64,000 bases of DNA from an uncultured Phycisphaerales bacterium (GTDB lineage Bacteria > Planctomycetota > Phycisphaerae > Tepidisphaerales > Tepidisphaeraceae), in contig CAVWVQ010000001.1 of assembly GCA_963758525.1 (NCBI GenBank), positions 128,001 to 192,000 of the forward strand, given 5' to 3'. Position numbers and translations under genes: made by a program. Below the pieces are notes generated by a model. That model made no database searches and had not been told where the DNA came from. It saw only the letters and a program-made list of their open reading frames with translations. Below, piece by piece: positions 63,597 to 64,000 of this stretch; position 1 is the stretch's first letter; every line of letters begins with the position of its first letter.

Positions 63597-64000
63597 CTAC
63601 GTTACCGGCAATGATTCGCCGAAGAGCACATACCAGTTTCGCCGGGCATGCTCTGCGAGTTGCGGCTCAGCCAAAAAAGAGGCACCTGAGTGTTTTAATC
63701 GCGTTGCGAGTTCGGCTTTATCAATCGTTCCCAGCGCAGCGCGCAGGTCATCCAGATCCTTATCCCGCGGGCTGAAAAGTTTGCTCAACAGCACATCGCA
63801 GGAATCGACCAGGAAGACGTCAAGTTTGTCGAAGCGCCCGAGCGATCGAAGGCGTGTCTCCCAACCGACTGGCAGGAAATGCGACTGGAAATGAGCGAGG
63901 TGCAACCCGTAACGTCGCAGGAGATTGTCAAAGAGGGCGTGTCGATCAACCAGGGACGCCGGGAGACCGTCGACAATATGGATGTCGTCGGTCTGCCTGC
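63597..64000 (-). CDS. DUF6036-like nucleotidyltransferase, 5' end outside window
   Basis: RQTDDIHIVD, LP.GW..R, D..D..LSKL...R.KD.DD. Confidence 0.6.
   Translation of the reverse strand, partial: RQTDDIHIVDGLPASLVDRHALFDNLLRRYGLHLAHFQSHFLPVGWETRLRSLGRFDKLDVFLVDSCDVLLSKLFSPRDKDLDDLRAALGTIDKAELATRLKHSGASFLAEPQLAEHARRNWYVLFGESLPVT

Overview
High-GC bacterial chromosome segment, most likely Planctomycetota (Phycisphaerae/Tepidisphaerales-like). This is inferred from LEPR-XLL surface proteins, a TTQPATQPA tail, a PQQ-type beta-propeller and a planctomycete-type integrase N-terminus. Core genes are pyrK, gap, pdhABC, ilvD, ndk, glnA, acpS, an ECF sigma/anti-sigma pair, tRNA-Val(CAC) and tRNA-Arg(CCG). 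Accessory blocks lie 3' of each tRNA, and there is a decayed type I R-M locus holding an intact DpnI-family gene and a DUF1016 nuclease. About 15 genes, including pdhC, carry short indel frameshifts, most likely long-read assembly errors. Main findings: (1) a CHMP3/Vps24-like ESCRT-III protein heading an operon with phospholipid-synthesis genes; (2) an array of sequence-diverse palindromes upstream of the DUF1016 gene that mirror palindromic modules inside it; (3) a 143-bp REP-carrying MITE with 8-bp TSDs whose three copies all sit about 50 bp upstream of a -10 box in one orientation; (4) a structured RNA leader before pyrK. All calls come from reading motifs by eye; no searches were run.
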